DNA of 63,674 nt, filler included. It is 5 parts of 5 records of this genome, joined end to end, with 100 filler letters (N's around TTAATTAATTAA, not from the genome) between each part and the next. Parts side by side here need not be neighbours in the genome. Positions count along the whole stretch, not along the records: positions 58,257 to 63,674 come from DRR723986_14153; 4 more parts are not named here. One strand, written 5' to 3'. Of this stretch, positions 60,497 through 63,674 are shown piece after piece (the stretch's first letter is position 1; each line of letters starts with the position of its first letter). The position numbers and the translations under genes were made by a program. The notes below the pieces were generated by a model that made no database searches, was not told the DNA's origin, and worked only from the letters and a program-made list of their open reading frames with translations.

Positions 60497-61458
60497 CAGA
60501 AGAACACTATTCTCTGGTGGGGGACATTGGGGGAACCAATGCACGCTTTGCTCTGGTGGGGCAGGGCAGTATAGAACCAGAAGCTATTGAAGTTTTGCCC
60601 TGCCGTGATTACGAGAACCTGGATCAGGCGGTGGTCACCTATCTGGAACGTGTAGGTGTGGCGTCGGTCAGGCAGGCCTGTCTGGCCGTGGCCTCCCCCT
60701 TGCGCGGTACCCGGGTGACAATGACCAACAATCACTGGCGCTTTGACATTGAGGCGGTGCGACAGGTCTTTGGCTGGTCGGCCTTCAAGGTCATCAATGA
60801 TTTTACCGCCATGGCGCTGGGCGTGCCCCATGTACCGGACGCCAATCTGGTGCACGTTTGTGGCGGCCCGGGAGACCCTGGCCGGCCGAAACTGGTGATG
60901 GGTCCGGGAACGGGCCTGGGCGTTTCCGGTCTGGTTCCGATTCGAAATGGCTGGGTGCCTTTGGTGACTGAAGGGGGCCATGTGGATTTTGCCCCCACCG
61001 ATGACACGGAAATGGAGGTGTTACGCCTTCTTCGGGCCAGGTTTGGGCGGGTGTCGGTCGAGCGGATTCTGTGCGGCCATGGTTTGCTGAACCTGTATCA
61101 GGCCCATGCCGAAATCCGTGGCGTGGCGGCCCCGCTCGATGCTCCGGAGAAGATCACAGCCGCCGCTGTGGACGCCTCCGATGCCTTGGCCGGGGAAGTC
61201 CTTCGGCATTTCTGCGAAATGCTTGGGCGAACCGCAGGCAATTCGGCGCTGACGCTGGGGAGTCTGGGCGGCGTGTACCTGTGTGGCGGTATGCTGCCAG
61301 GGTTTCTCGACTTTTTTCTTGGGAGCCCGTTCCGTGAAGCCTTTGTAGCCAAGGGGCGGATGCGTCCGCTAATGGAATTTACACCGGTTTACGTGGTGAC
61401 GGAGCCCTATACCGGTTTACTGGGAGCTGCCGAAGCGTTAGGAAATTCTGAGGTATGA
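60493..61458 (+). CDS. glk: Glucokinase
   Basis: [27 protein letters not shown]. Confidence 0.97.
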   Translation: MTEEHYSLVGDIGGTNARFALVGQGSIEPEAIEVLPCRDYENLDQAVVTYLERVGVASVRQACLAVASPLRGTRVTMTNNHWRFDIEAVRQVFGWSAFKVINDFTAMALGVPHVPDANLVHVCGGPGDPGRPKLVMGPGTGLGVSGLVPIRNGWVPLVTEGGHVDFAPTDDTEMEVLRLLRARFGRVSVERILCGHGLLNLYQAHAEIRGVAAPLDAPEKITAAAVDASDALAGEVLRHFCEMLGRTAGNSALTLGSLGGVYLCGGMLPGFLDFFLGSPFREAFVAKGRMRPLMEFTPVYVVTEPYTGLLGAAEALGNSEV

Positions 61459-62051
61459 CCGATTCTTTGATAAACCTGTCCTTTGATGAGCTGGTTCGGC
61501 GTGTTCGGGCCTGTCAGATTTGTGCAGGCGATCTGCCCCACGAGCCGAGGCCGGTCATTCAGCTTAGTGAATCCTCCCGCATTCTTGTGGTCGGGCAGGC
61601 GCCGGGTCGACGGGTACACGAAACCGGTCTGCCGTTTAACGATCCCAGTGGCGACCGGCTGCGCCAATGGATGGGCATTACCCGCGACACCTTTTACGAT
61701 GAACAGAAACTCGCCATCCTGCCCATGGGATTCTGTTATCCGGGCACCGGTAAATCCGGAGATCTTCCTCCACGCCCCGAGTGCGCTCCGGCCTGGCGCC
61801 GGGCGTTGCTCGACCGCTTGCCGGAGATTCGCCTGACCTTGCTGATCGGTCAATATGCTCATGCCTGGCATATTCCCGGCGCAAGGCGCGCGGTTACCGA
61901 GAATGTGCGGCAGTGGCAACAATTCTGGCCTGATGTCATTCCGATGCCCCATCCCAGCCCCCGCAATAACCTCTGGTTGCGAAAGAATCCCTGGTTTGAA
62001 GCGGAAGTGGTGCCGGCCATTCAGGCCAGAGTTGCTAGCATTCTGAACTGA
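61455..62051 (+). CDS. Uracil-DNA glycosylase superfamily protein
   Basis: VGQAPG, NDPSGDRLR.W, PMGFCYPG, PHPSPRN. Confidence 0.92.
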   Translation: MTDSLINLSFDELVRRVRACQICAGDLPHEPRPVIQLSESSRILVVGQAPGRRVHETGLPFNDPSGDRLRQWMGITRDTFYDEQKLAILPMGFCYPGTGKSGDLPPRPECAPAWRRALLDRLPEIRLTLLIGQYAHAWHIPGARRAVTENVRQWQQFWPDVIPMPHPSPRNNLWLRKNPWFEAEVVPAIQARVASILN

Positions 62052-63576
62052 CCTGGCCACTCCGGGCCATATACTCAGATAGCTCGCTGTATTGTTCCGG
62101 GTTAATGTACAGGCCCTGTTTGGTTCGCCGCCAGAGCAGGTCCTCTGGTGTGATCGCCCATTCGTGGGTCATCAGATAATCCACCTCGCGACGAGACAGG
62201 GTATCGGTAAACCAGTGGCCGAGATCGGCCATGTTCTGACAGCCTTCCAGAATGTGGTAGCTGCTGGTGCCATAGCTTCGCACAAACCGATGGATTACAG
62301 CATCGTCCAGCCAGGGGAAATCGGCCGCGAGTTCGGTGGCCAGCTGCTCCTGAGTGTTGAAGTCGCCGCCGGGCAGCACGGCCGTTCGGGTCCAGGACCG
62401 GCCGGCACCGGGAAAATAGCGACTGACCTGATCGGTCACAGCTTCGGCGAGCTTCCGGTAGGTGGTGATCTTGCCCCCGAATACCGAGATCAAAGGGGGC
62501 AGCGAGTCCTCGTCATCAACCTCGAATGAGTAGTCGCGAGAGGCAGACTGTGCGGTGCCACCCTCGTCGTCCATCAGCGGCCGAACACCGGAGTAACTCC
62601 AGACTACATCGTTGGCGGACAGTTGCCGGCGGAAATACTGGTTGACGATCGACAGCAGATAGTCGGTTTCCTCTGGGGAAATCCGTGCCTGCGACGGATC
62701 GCCCACGTAATCGACATCGGTGGTGCCGATCAGGGAGAAGCGGTCCTCGTAGGGGATCACGAAAACAATGCGCTCGTCCTGATTCTGAAGAATATAGGCT
62801 TCGGTATCCTGGTTGAGCCTGGGTACGACGATGTGGCTGCCCTTGACCATGCGGATCTGCTTGGGAGCTGGCATAGACAGGCTTTCACCGAACAGGCTGC
62901 TGACCCAGGGGCCGGTGGCGTTAACGACCACCTTGGCGCGGATGTTGTACTGCTTGTCCCGGTGGTGATCGTCCAGGATGGCGTGCCATTGCCCGTTACG
63001 GCGCTCGGCGCGGCTACAGCGGGTGCGGGTCAATACGGTTGCGCCTTTTTCAGCGGCCTTGCGAGCAGACAGTACCACCAGCCGGGCATCATCAACCCAG
63101 CCATCCGAATACTCGAATCCACGGCTGATGTCTGGTTTCAGGGGCGAGTCCGGGCCAAAGGTAATAGACCGGGAGCCGGGCAGCAGTTCGCGCTTGGCCA
63201 GATGATCGTAGAGGAAAAGGCCGGTACGGATCATCCACGCTGGTCGCAGGTGGGGCTGATGGGGCAGGCGAAAACGCATCGGCCACATGATGTGTGGGGC
63301 GTTTCGTAGCAGGGCCTCCCGTTCACCGAGTGCTTCCCTGACCAGCCGGAATTCGTAATGCTCAAGATAGCGCAGACCGCCGTGGATAAGTTTGCTGCTG
63401 CTGGACGAAGTGGCAGAGGCAAGATCGTTCATCTCACACAGAACAACCCGAAGCCCCCGGCCTGCGGCGTCCATGGCAATTCCGGTGCCGTTTACGCCGC
63501 CCCCGACCACCAGAACATCGCATTGCGTGGGGGGAGTGTGAGAGTTGCCTGAAACCAGTCCTTTGTTAATTGCCAC
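62035..63576 (-). CDS. glpD: Aerobic glycerol-3-phosphate dehydrogenase
   Basis: GGGVNG, SSKLIHGGLRYLE, DDARLV, GGKITTYR, WRRTK; GTG start. Confidence 0.97.
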   Translation of the reverse strand: MAINKGLVSGNSHTPPTQCDVLVVGGGVNGTGIAMDAAGRGLRVVLCEMNDLASATSSSSSKLIHGGLRYLEHYEFRLVREALGEREALLRNAPHIMWPMRFRLPHQPHLRPAWMIRTGLFLYDHLAKRELLPGSRSITFGPDSPLKPDISRGFEYSDGWVDDARLVVLSARKAAEKGATVLTRTRCSRAERRNGQWHAILDDHHRDKQYNIRAKVVVNATGPWVSSLFGESLSMPAPKQIRMVKGSHIVVPRLNQDTEAYILQNQDERIVFVIPYEDRFSLIGTTDVDYVGDPSQARISPEETDYLLSIVNQYFRRQLSANDVVWSYSGVRPLMDDEGGTAQSASRDYSFEVDDEDSLPPLISVFGGKITTYRKLAEAVTDQVSRYFPGAGRSWTRTAVLPGGDFNTQEQLATELAADFPWLDDAVIHRFVRSYGTSSYHILEGCQNMADLGHWFTDTLSRREVDYLMTHEWAITPEDLLWRRTKQGLYINPEQYSELSEYMARSGQVSSEC

Positions 63577-63674
63577 TGCCTGAGTGCTCCTGATAATCGC
63601 ACATAACGCCTGTCATGGAACGATTATCAGGAAACTGCCTGGTCCCGTAAAGCGACCCTGTCACAGGCGGGTGG

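Overview
This window is not one locus. It is five contigs joined by 100-nt artificial spacers (N-run, TTAATTAATTAA, N-run), apparently from at least three organisms; all taxonomic calls are inferred. (1) 1-10764, Marinobacter-like gammaproteobacterium: PsrA box, etfBA, a saccharopine-dehydrogenase-like gene, a cydAB(cioAB)-cydDC operon, a methyltransferase and a truncated tRNA-Leu. (2) 10865-38921, roughly 50% GC, probably an FCB-group organism, and the most unusual part. It carries a PghP-like poly-gamma-glutamate hydrolase lipoprotein, four tandem exported proteins fusing an uncharacterised beta-rich domain to a TlpA thioredoxin, and a di-haem peroxidase with a T9SS/FlgD-type tail. It also has a sphingomyelinase-like phosphoesterase, two sensor kinases with a LytTR regulator, two paralogous Cys-containing secreted proteins with long homologous leaders, VOC/DinB/GrpB genes, and a dispersed degenerate inverted-repeat family. 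(3) 39022-45316: zinc-starvation locus (M23 peptidase, znuBC, Zur box, znuA, zur, folE2, cysS paralog). (4) 45417-58156, Roseobacter-group housekeeping region, including a CtrA-boxed MshEN-GT2 synthase and a low-GC orphan gene bracketed by palindromes. (5) 58257-63674, Marinobacter-like pyk, edd, glk, UDG-family gene and glpD. All calls come from motif recognition by eye; no searches were run.
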